This document shows, in pieces, positions 10,200 through 18,659 of a DNA stretch of 43,738 nt; positions within the stretch are counted from its first letter, which is position 1; the number at the start of each line of letters is the position of its first letter. Below the pieces are notes generated by a model. It saw only the letters and a list, made by a program, of their open reading frames with translations. It had not been told where the DNA came from and searched no databases. The translations under genes were made by a program, and so were the position numbers. The DNA comes from a virus (Duplodnaviria; Caudoviricetes): positions 1 through 43,738 of IMG/VR virus record IMGVR_UViG_3300038335_000140; one strand, 5' to 3'.

Positions 10200-10514
10200 A
10201 TGATTTCAGATAAACAATTTGATGATGCTTTTACAGCAGCAGGCGGATGGTTTGTAGCAATGTATTTTGAAACAGTGGCAGATTGGAAAGGCAGTAAAGA
10301 TGATTTGATTGATCTCATTTTTAAAGATGGAACTGATTCAAAGCGATCAGGTACAAGCACCAGAGTTTCATCACTGATTAGAATTATTGATAATCAGCGT
10401 GGAATGGAAGCTCTGAAGAAAATTTCTGAGTCATCTAGAATAGCAAAACAGAATCCTCTCGCGGTTGAAACAGCAAAAAGGATAATCAAAGAACGATATA
10501 AATATTTAAAGTGA
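10200..10514 (+). CDS. Hypothetical protein (104 aa), stand-alone transcription unit
   Basis: Own extended -10 TGGTAAAAT (10133-10141), purine-rich SD, downstream terminator. Confidence 0.75.
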   Translation: MISDKQFDDAFTAAGGWFVAMYFETVADWKGSKDDLIDLIFKDGTDSKRSGTSTRVSSLIRIIDNQRGMEALKKISESSRIAKQNPLAVETAKRIIKERYKYLK

Positions 10515-10533
10515 ATATCAACAGGAACAAGTG

Positions 10534-10564
10534 ACAGTCTTTCTTTACGAGAGGCTGTTTTTTT
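10534..10564 (+). terminator. Intrinsic terminator
   Basis: ACAGTCTTTC-TTTAC-GAGAGGCTGT stem (with G-U pairs) followed by a T-run. Confidence 0.7.
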
Positions 10565-10600
10565 GTTGTCAAGAATCAGCACTATGAACAGGAGAATCAG

Positions 10601-10732
10601 ATGAAGAAAAATGTATACTACAAAGCATTCACAAAAACCAAAGAACCATCAAAGTCAAATATCAACCAACTCACAAAACGTCGCCCAATAAAAAGGACGG
10701 CGTTTCATCGTATCGGCAGCAGAAAACAATAG
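10601..10732 (+). CDS. Small basic protein (43 aa), absent from the ORF track
   Basis: SD AGGAGA; MKKNVYYKAFTKTKEPSKSNINQLTKRRPIKRTAFHRIGSRKQ; stop overlaps the SD of the next gene. Confidence 0.5.
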   Translation: MKKNVYYKAFTKTKEPSKSNINQLTKRRPIKRTAFHRIGSRKQ

Positions 10733-10742
10733 GAGGTGCGCC

Positions 10743-12140
10743 GTGGGAACCTATATTCATTTTACAGAAGAACAGAAGCAACGAGCTAACGGTATCGATC
10801 TTGTTGAATTTCTAAGAAGACAAGGAGAAACCCTGTTGCCATCAGGAAGAGAAAAAAGACTGAAAAGCAATCACAGCATTACAGTTAGAGGAAACGAATG
10901 GTTTGATCATGCAACGAAAGAAGGTGGTCTTGCTATTGATTTTGTGCAAACCGTCTATGGTCTATCTTTCCCGGAAGCAGTCACAATGCTGCTTGGTGGT
11001 GAACAAGGGATAACTTATGTAGGTACTACTGAAAAAGTAGAGAGGAAAAGACCTTTTGAATTACCATCAAAGAATAATGACATGCGCCGTGTATTTGCAT
11101 ACCTAATCAAGCACAGGCTAATTGATCAGGAAGTGGTAAGTTTCTTTGCTAAAGAGAAATTGATTTATGAAAGTAAAGAACAATCAGCAGACAGGACGAA
11201 GGAATATCACAATGCCATTTTTGTTGGTTACGATGAGAATGGCATACCCAGACATGCTCATAAAAGAGGAATCTATACCGAAGGAAAGAGTTTCAAGGGT
11301 AACATCGACAGCAGCAATCCTGGTTATAGTTTTCATTACATTGGTACAAGCGATCGGCTCTATGTCTTCGAAGCGCCAATAGATCTAATGTCATTCATAA
11401 CCCTTCACAAAAATGCCGATTGGAAGAAACACAGTTATGTTGCTTTGTGTGGATTGTCAGAACAAGCAATCATTAAAACACTGGAGAATCATACACACTT
11501 GAACCGGGTTGCCCTTTGCCTTGATCATGATCCAGCAGGTATCGAAGCGTCTGAAAAAATAGTGGATCAACTGGGTGGTCGTGAAATTGATTGTACTATA
11601 ATGCAGCCGAAATATAAGGACTGGAATGAAGATTTGAAATCAGTTTATAATCGACTTCCAATTGCCGCAGAAGAGCACCCACAACATGTATTAAAAAAAC
11701 AGATATATTCGGAGCTCCTCAATATAGCCAATGAATATAGTGAGAAAAGTATCACGTTCGAAAAATGTAAAGCGGCACTACAAAAATCACTTACGGAAGT
11801 TGAACATCAAGCTGAAGCTATGAAAGTGGTATCAGCTCTTTTTTTATGTCTTTGTAAATCAGAAGGCTATAAAAGAGGAATTACAATGACGCTCAACGAG
11901 TTGATTGAAGAAATAAGTGACCGGTTCAAAGCATATCAGAATAGAGGTAGATTGGATCCGAAATATGAGGAAATAAAATCGATGTTCGATGATATGGAGG
12001 CGTTAAAGGGATCAGGGAAAGAAACGTCAGAGCTACTTGAAGTATACAAAAAGATATCTCTAGAATTAATTAAAACAGTAATCAAAAAAGAAATGGCACA
12101 GCAAAAACAAGAACAGAACCTGAACATGAAGATGGCGTGA
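10743..12140 (+). CDS. DUF3991/toprim-domain primase-like protein
   Basis: YVFEAPIDLMSF, LCLDHDPAG, PKYKDWNEDL toprim motifs. Confidence 0.85.
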   Translation: MGTYIHFTEEQKQRANGIDLVEFLRRQGETLLPSGREKRLKSNHSITVRGNEWFDHATKEGGLAIDFVQTVYGLSFPEAVTMLLGGEQGITYVGTTEKVERKRPFELPSKNNDMRRVFAYLIKHRLIDQEVVSFFAKEKLIYESKEQSADRTKEYHNAIFVGYDENGIPRHAHKRGIYTEGKSFKGNIDSSNPGYSFHYIGTSDRLYVFEAPIDLMSFITLHKNADWKKHSYVALCGLSEQAIIKTLENHTHLNRVALCLDHDPAGIEASEKIVDQLGGREIDCTIMQPKYKDWNEDLKSVYNRLPIAAEEHPQHVLKKQIYSELLNIANEYSEKSITFEKCKAALQKSLTEVEHQAEAMKVVSALFLCLCKSEGYKRGITMTLNELIEEISDRFKAYQNRGRLDPKYEEIKSMFDDMEALKGSGKETSELLEVYKKISLELIKTVIKKEMAQQKQEQNLNMKMA

Positions 12141-12157
12141 AAAAATGGAGGTAATCG

Positions 12158-14002
12158 ATGAACTCACAAGTGTACATGTTAATTGCAGCGGCAGCAATCA
12201 TGTTTTCTGTGATTGGCGGCTTGTCGTTATTAGCACATTACTATACCCTGAATGGAATCAAATCTAAAACAGTTGGAGATGGGCAACATGGCGTTGCTCG
12301 ATTTGCTACAAAGAAGGAAATCCAAAGTACCTATCAACATATCTCTTTCATAGTTGATGACTGGCGACGAGGGGAGAATCTTCCAAGAGACTTGAATGGA
12401 GATTCGATTCAAGGACTCGTCATTGGTTCAGTTGGATCCGGTGGAACGACTAGTGGAATCATTGATACTGGCGATGTCCATTGTCTAATGATCGGCGCAG
12501 CTGGTGTTGGCAAAACCGCATATTTTCTATATCCAAATCTGGAATATGCTTGCGCCAGTGGTATGTCATTCATAACAACAGATACCAAAGGTGATCTTGC
12601 AAGAAATTACGGCATGATTGCGAAGGAGAATTATGGCTACAATATCGCGGTCATTGATCTGCGAAACCCAACACGAAGTGATGGTAATAATCTGCTTCAT
12701 CTGGTCAATAAATATATGGATCAATTTAGAGAGAACAGTAATAATTACTCAGTTAAAGCAAAAGCAGAGAAGTATGCAAAAATTATTTCCAAGACAATCA
12801 TTTCAGCAGACGGCAATAATGCTGCAATGGGTCAGAATGCATTCTTTTATGATGCTGCAGAAGGTCTTCTAACATCTGTCATTTTATTGATAGCAGAATT
12901 TCTTCCGCCGGTTATGGAAGATGGACAAAGAGTCGATAAGCGACACATTATATCAGTTTTTAAGATGGTGCAAGACCTTATGGCACCAAGCAAGGTTAAG
13001 GGAAAGAGTCAGTTCCAACTGTTGATGGACAAGCTACCGCCAACACATAAAGCGAAATGGTTTGCCGGTGCTGCACTGAACTCGGCAGATCAAGCTATGG
13101 CATCAGTTCTGTCAACGGTACTCTCAAGACTTAATGCCTTTTTGGATTCTGAGATGGAACAGATTCTGTGCTTTGATACGGCGATTGACGCTGAAACCTT
13201 CTGCCATGAAAAATCCGCAATCTTTCTTATACTCCCCGAGGAGGACAACACAAAATATTTTATGGTGTCATTGTTCCTACAACAATTCTACCGCGAGATG
13301 TTAACGGTTGCTGATGAGAATGGCGGTAAGCTTCCTAACCGAGTGATGATCTATGCAGATGAAATAGGAACTATTCCGAAGATTGAATCCTTTGAAATGA
13401 TGCTGTCCGCAGGAAGATCCAGAAGAATATCTGTCATACCGATCATTCAATCCTTTGCCCAGCTAGAAAAGAATTATGGTAAAGAAGGCAGTGAAATCAT
13501 AACAGACAACTGTCAGGTGACAATCTTTGGAGGATTTGCACCTAACTCAGAAACTGCTCAAGTCCTCTCTAAAGCATTAGGAACCCGAACAGTCATGAGT
13601 GGAAGCATCAGCCGTGGTAAAAACGATCCATCACAAAGTCTACAGATGATTGAGCGTCCGCTTTTATCGGCAGATGAATTGAAGTCACTACCTAAAGGGA
13701 ACTTTGTCGTGATGAAAACTGGTGTCCATCCTATGAAAACGAAGTTGAAATTGTTTCTAGATTGGGGGATCACTTTTGACAAAACCTATGAAACAGAAGA
13801 AAGATCTAATCGCAAAGTTTACTACGCTGATAAAGAAGAGCTGGAAGAAAATATTGTTAGATATACCATGGCTCTTGAAGTGGATGAAATTAGTGATGAT
13901 GAAGACTCTGATGCTAGAAAACGAGGCGGTACGATACATTCACCAACACAGGAACCGAGTGATGATAATTCAATCAAACGAAAAACGGTTATAAGAACAT
14001 AA
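12158..14002 (+). CDS. virD4: VirD4/TraG-like type IV coupling protein
   Basis: N-terminal TM, GDGQHG, Walker A GAAGVGKT, TDTKGDL, ADEIGT, IIQSFAQL. Confidence 0.92.
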   Translation: MNSQVYMLIAAAAIMFSVIGGLSLLAHYYTLNGIKSKTVGDGQHGVARFATKKEIQSTYQHISFIVDDWRRGENLPRDLNGDSIQGLVIGSVGSGGTTSGIIDTGDVHCLMIGAAGVGKTAYFLYPNLEYACASGMSFITTDTKGDLARNYGMIAKENYGYNIAVIDLRNPTRSDGNNLLHLVNKYMDQFRENSNNYSVKAKAEKYAKIISKTIISADGNNAAMGQNAFFYDAAEGLLTSVILLIAEFLPPVMEDGQRVDKRHIISVFKMVQDLMAPSKVKGKSQFQLLMDKLPPTHKAKWFAGAALNSADQAMASVLSTVLSRLNAFLDSEMEQILCFDTAIDAETFCHEKSAIFLILPEEDNTKYFMVSLFLQQFYREMLTVADENGGKLPNRVMIYADEIGTIPKIESFEMMLSAGRSRRISVIPIIQSFAQLEKNYGKEGSEIITDNCQVTIFGGFAPNSETAQVLSKALGTRTVMSGSISRGKNDPSQSLQMIERPLLSADELKSLPKGNFVVMKTGVHPMKTKLKLFLDWGITFDKTYETEERSNRKVYYADKEELEENIVRYTMALEVDEISDDEDSDARKRGGTIHSPTQEPSDDNSIKRKTVIRT

Positions 14003-14013
14003 GGAGGACGTAG

Positions 14014-14268
14014 ATGAGTTTCTTTGGAAAACTGTATCAAGAAGAAATTCCGTCAAGGGCTAAGACTGTCTATATGTATCTAAAAGACCGAAGTAACGTT
14101 CAAGGCGAATGTTGGCCGGCCATTAAGACTATTGCCAGAGATACATCCATGTCTGTCAGTACGGTGAAAAGAGCGATAGAGGATTTGATGAAGTGTGGTT
14201 TACTTACGAAGGAAAGGCGCTATAGGGAGAATGGCGGTAATTCTTCCAACCGGTATTTCATCACTTAA
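14014..14268 (+). CDS. Small winged-helix DNA-binding protein (HTH_36-like)
   Basis: CWPAIKTIARDTSMSVSTVKRAIEDL..SNRY. Confidence 0.85.
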   Translation: MSFFGKLYQEEIPSRAKTVYMYLKDRSNVQGECWPAIKTIARDTSMSVSTVKRAIEDLMKCGLLTKERRYRENGGNSSNRYFIT

Positions 14269-14469
14269 CGAATGTATCAATAGAGAAAATTTTGTAATCT
14301 CCGCCAAGGGGGTTCTTTGTCAGTTCAGTGGACCTACCTCCGGTTCATAATGGACTGACAAGAAGGAATCACTTGAATAATAGATTAACATCAGAGAAAG
14401 AAATATAGATGAGTACATACTCGGGCAGTAGAAATAGGTATACCCTAGTGAAAATTAAACATAAATACA

Positions 14470-14532
14470 TTTTGGTATTAGAATACCAAAACAAAATAAT
14501 TGTTGACAGGACCATAGATAGAGTGATATATT
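14470..14532 (+). promoter_or_regulatory. Sigma-A promoter of the defence island with upstream palindrome
   Basis: TTGACA(14503-14508)-18-TATATT(14527-14532) with extended TG; TTTTGGTATT-AG-AATACCAAAA at 14470-14491. Confidence 0.65.
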
Positions 14533-14577
14533 TTATTTGTGATTTAAGATGGATTATTTTGTAAGGAGGTCACGAAG

Positions 14578-16197
14578 GTGCGTAACGATAAGCAGATTAA
14601 CCAAATTTGGAATCGATATAATGCATTAAGAGGATATGCTGTTCAGTCAGAACTGCCAGTTGCGCTATTTCTTCTGAAAAAGACAAAGGATGAGTTTGTT
14701 ACAAGTCCTCAAAAGCCTACAGAGCAAAAAGCTTTCAAGGCATTACAATCCATAGCTGATAAATACGGTTTATTAAATCCGTTTAAGGATCCAGCTGTTT
14801 TTTATAATGAATTTATGGCAATGGATAGCGAAGAGGTTGATTGGGAACTCATGCTTACTTCTGCGGATCCAAATGAGACGTTCTATATACCAAAGGTGTT
14901 GATTGATGAATTTAGTAAGCATTTTGGACCCGATATCAACATGGTATTGATTGCGGAAGCTGAAAAATTCGTTCCACATTTGATGGAGCTAATAAATCAA
15001 AACTCGAAATGTCAGTTTTTTGTAACAACCATGAATGCTGTAAGCAAGATTATTCTTGAGGAGATGTTTGTTGAATACCCAAATGTGGTTGTACAAGAAA
15101 CAAGTATATATGATTATGAATTTACTGCAAAGAAGTTTGATCTGATTCTATCGGTACCGATTTTTGGTGCAAGAGAGCGTGCTGAGGACAACGGAGATTT
15201 CATATGCAGAGAATATGAAATGATTGCGGTTGAGAATTTATTATTGCACTTAAATAGTTCGGGGCGGCTGGTAATTGTTCTGCCGGCGAGAATTACATTT
15301 GCTGCTGGTACAGTGAAAGATTTAAGGGAATTTGTTCAAGGCATGTATCGACTAGAAGAAATTGCTGAATTACCTGCAGGAATATTTAAGTCAACAGCAA
15401 TCAAGTCATACATGTTTACGATCACAACAGGTCGAACTGAAGATGTCATGGTCAAGAGATATGATGCGGATACGCGAAATGTCAAAAAAGAGGGAATCAA
15501 TCAATTGGTATTATCTGAGGACACATTTGTAATGATGGATGAATTGATTGAGATGGGAGATTGGAATATCGACCATATCTTTGCGATGGTAGACGAAGAG
15601 TGGCAACGATATCAGAACTCAAACTTGAAAAGAGAAGAGCTTGGTAAAGTCGCTGAGGTTTTCCGTGGGAAAGCAGTCAGCAAAAAAGATCCGAACGGAA
15701 GTATAGGCGTTCTAAATATTTCAAATATAAATGTTTTTGACATCAGTTATGATGATTTGGATCATATAGAAGAGGAAGAAAGAAAAGTAGCCAATTATCT
15801 TCTAAAAGACGGTGACTTGCTTTTACCTGCTAGAGGGACGGCGATTAGAATTGCAGTTTTTAAAGAGCAAAAATATCCATGTATTGCCTCATCCAACATT
15901 ATTGTAATAAGACCTAATGAAAAATTATTATTATCAACGTATTTGAAAGTGTTTTTAGATAGTCCGACTGGTAACAAAGTGTTATCAGGCAAGCAGCAAG
16001 GAACGATTGTCAATAACATAAGCTATAAAGATCTTAAAACGATTGAAATACCGTTGCTTAGACTTGAAGAACAGCAAGCTGTTGTTGATGAATATGAGCA
16101 AGAACTGGAACTTTATCTTGAAAGCATTAAAAATGCTGAAGATAGATGGCAAAGTGTTGTGACACGACTACAAGATAACCTTTTGAAAGTGAAATAA
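14578..16197 (+). CDS. Degenerate N6-MTase-like domain fused to an HsdS-type TRD
   Basis: KFDLILSVPIFG (NPPF position lost), GRLVIVLP; C-terminal YLLKDGDLLL..IEIPLLRLEEQQAVV TRD pattern. Confidence 0.7.
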   Translation: MRNDKQINQIWNRYNALRGYAVQSELPVALFLLKKTKDEFVTSPQKPTEQKAFKALQSIADKYGLLNPFKDPAVFYNEFMAMDSEEVDWELMLTSADPNETFYIPKVLIDEFSKHFGPDINMVLIAEAEKFVPHLMELINQNSKCQFFVTTMNAVSKIILEEMFVEYPNVVVQETSIYDYEFTAKKFDLILSVPIFGARERAEDNGDFICREYEMIAVENLLLHLNSSGRLVIVLPARITFAAGTVKDLREFVQGMYRLEEIAELPAGIFKSTAIKSYMFTITTGRTEDVMVKRYDADTRNVKKEGINQLVLSEDTFVMMDELIEMGDWNIDHIFAMVDEEWQRYQNSNLKREELGKVAEVFRGKAVSKKDPNGSIGVLNISNINVFDISYDDLDHIEEEERKVANYLLKDGDLLLPARGTAIRIAVFKEQKYPCIASSNIIVIRPNEKLLLSTYLKVFLDSPTGNKVLSGKQQGTIVNNISYKDLKTIEIPLLRLEEQQAVVDEYEQELELYLESIKNAEDRWQSVVTRLQDNLLKVK

Positions 16198-16238
16198 AAG
16201 AAAGGTCAATACCGAAGGTAAAAAGAGGAGGATAAGCC

Positions 16239-18659
16239 ATGATTGGTGCAATCATTGGTGATATAGTTGGTTCCAGATTTGAATGGAATAATCACCGGTC
16301 GAAAGACTTTGAATTTTTAACATATAAATGTTTCTTTACGGATGACACGGTTATGTCATTGGCAGTTTGTAAGGCATTGATGGAGTGCCAAACAGATTAT
16401 AGTGATTTAAGTGATCAAGCAATTAGGAATATGCAGGAGATAGGTAGACCGTATCCAAAGTGTGGTTATGGTGGAATGTTCTATAATTGGATGTACAGTG
16501 ACTCGCCTGAACCCTATAACAGTTTTGGTAATGGAGCAGCTATGCGTATAAGTGCCTGTGGCCATGTAGCGCAATCCATAGAAGAGACCAAATCTCTATC
16601 GTACACAGTTACAGCAGTAACTCATAATCACCCAGAAGGTATAAAAGGAGCTGAAGCAGTTTCAGTCGCGGTGTTTATGGCTCGTAGTGGAAAAAACCTA
16701 CTGGAAATACGGGATTATATCGATAAAAACTACTACCCAATGAATTTTAGTTTAGATGATATTCGAGAAACTTATCAGTTTAACGAAACCAGTAAAGAAA
16801 CAGTTCCTAAGGCATTGGTTGCCTTCTTTGAATCCACTGATTTTGAAGATGCAATCAGAAATGCTATTTCAATAGGTGGTGACAGTGATACGATTGCCGC
16901 TATCACTGGTGGTATAGCTGAAGCTTATTATGGGGTTCCGACACAAATTAGAAAGCATGCCTTGACTTTTCTTGATGAAAAGCTATTAGGAATATTGCTT
17001 GAGTTTGAAAATCGATATCCTGGAAAAATGGAAAAGTTACAATCAACGGGAAGTGTCAGTTACAAAGAGAAGGCAGTAGATGTTGCTAGAAAAAAAGGAG
17101 GTAGAGACGAAATGCTAAAATCGGCAATTGACTCAGCAGATGAAACGCTACATGATAGTTCGGTACAACCGGAAGAAACAACAAGCCAGAAATTGTTTTC
17201 TCATCTCTTCGAGGCATGTAACATTCTTCGCGGTCCGATCAATCAGGATGAGTACAAAAGCTATGTGACACCGATTCTCTTTTTTAAACGTTTGTCAGAT
17301 GTGTATGATGAAGAAACACAGGCAGCACTGGAGGAATCAGGTGGTGATGAGGAATATGCAAGCTTCCCAGAAAATCATCGCTTTGTGATACCAGATGGTT
17401 GCCATTGGCAGGATGTACGTGAGACCAGTGAAAATGTTGGTGTATCCATTGTTAATGCCATGAATGGAATTGAACGAGCAAATCCGGATACACTCCACGG
17501 AGTTTTTAGTAGTTTTGATGATGCTAACTGGACGGATAAGTCGAAGCTGTCTGATGAACGTCTCAAAGATCTTGTTGAGCATATGTCAAAGATTAAGGTT
17601 GGAAACAGCAATTATTCAGCTGATGTTATGGGCGACAGTTATGAGTTCCTGATAAAGAAGTTTGCTGACTTGTCAAAGAAAAATGCTGGAGAGTTCTATA
17701 CACCGAGATCCATCGTTAAGCTTTTGGTTATGCTATTAGCTCCAAAGGTTGGTGAATCGGTATACGATCCTGCTGCAGGAACAGGTGGAATGCTTATTGA
17801 AGCCATTCACTATATGAAAGGTGATAAGCTCACATATGGTCGGATCTATGGCCAAGAAAAAAATCTGGCAACATCCGCAATCGCGAGAATGAATCTGTTC
17901 CTTCACGGCGCTAGAGAATTTAAGGTGACTCAAGGCGATACGTTGAGATCGCCTAATTATTTGGAAGGTGGTAAATTAAAAACCTTCGATTGTGTTATTG
18001 CAAATCCACCTTTTTCGTTAAAGAACTGGGGTGCAGATCAATTTAGCTCTGATATTTTTGGTAGAAATACATGGGGCTGTCCAACAGATTCAAATGGTGA
18101 CTTCGCATGGCTACAACATATGGTTAAATCCATGGACAAAGATAATGGCCGATGTGCAGTTGTTCTTCCACAAGGGGTGCTGTTTCGAGGTGGAAAAGAA
18201 GGTGAGATTCGTAAGCTTCTCATAGAATCAGATAAGCTGGAATGCATTATAACATTAGTGGGCGGTGTGTTTTATTCTACAGGGGTATCGGCCTGTATCT
18301 TGCTGTTGAACAATAACAAACCAAATAAACACAAAGGTAGAATATGCTTAATTGATGCCTCCACTATATATACGCCTCAAAGGGCTCAGAATATTATGAC
18401 GGATCAAGACATTCAAAAAGTCTATGATTACTATGTTGATTATGAAGATGTTATTGAGCATGTGAAGATTGTTAATTTAGATGATATCCGCAAAAAGGAT
18501 TATACACTGGCAATCAATAATTACATTGAGAAAAAAGAACAGGAAACTGTGTCACCAGAAGAAGTGCGTAGAGAATATTTTGAGGCATTTGACGAAATGA
18601 TTGAGGCAGAAGAAAAGATGATGAAATTACTGTTGGAAGGGGGATATGTCAATGAGTAA
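16239..18659 (+). CDS. hsdM: ADP-ribosylglycohydrolase (DraG/ARH)-Type I methyltransferase HsdM fusion (NPPF)
   Basis: aa1-~260 GAIIGDIVG, FTDDT, SFGNGAAMR, GGDSDTIAA; C-terminal GEFYTP, YDPAAGTGGML, IANPPFS. Confidence 0.92.
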   Translation: MIGAIIGDIVGSRFEWNNHRSKDFEFLTYKCFFTDDTVMSLAVCKALMECQTDYSDLSDQAIRNMQEIGRPYPKCGYGGMFYNWMYSDSPEPYNSFGNGAAMRISACGHVAQSIEETKSLSYTVTAVTHNHPEGIKGAEAVSVAVFMARSGKNLLEIRDYIDKNYYPMNFSLDDIRETYQFNETSKETVPKALVAFFESTDFEDAIRNAISIGGDSDTIAAITGGIAEAYYGVPTQIRKHALTFLDEKLLGILLEFENRYPGKMEKLQSTGSVSYKEKAVDVARKKGGRDEMLKSAIDSADETLHDSSVQPEETTSQKLFSHLFEACNILRGPINQDEYKSYVTPILFFKRLSDVYDEETQAALEESGGDEEYASFPENHRFVIPDGCHWQDVRETSENVGVSIVNAMNGIERANPDTLHGVFSSFDDANWTDKSKLSDERLKDLVEHMSKIKVGNSNYSADVMGDSYEFLIKKFADLSKKNAGEFYTPRSIVKLLVMLLAPKVGESVYDPAAGTGGMLIEAIHYMKGDKLTYGRIYGQEKNLATSAIARMNLFLHGAREFKVTQGDTLRSPNYLEGGKLKTFDCVIANPPFSLKNWGADQFSSDIFGRNTWGCPTDSNGDFAWLQHMVKSMDKDNGRCAVVLPQGVLFRGGKEGEIRKLLIESDKLECIITLVGGVFYSTGVSACILLLNNNKPNKHKGRICLIDASTIYTPQRAQNIMTDQDIQKVYDYYVDYEDVIEHVKIVNLDDIRKKDYTLAINNYIEKKEQETVSPEEVRREYFEAFDEMIEAEEKMMKLLLEGGYVNE

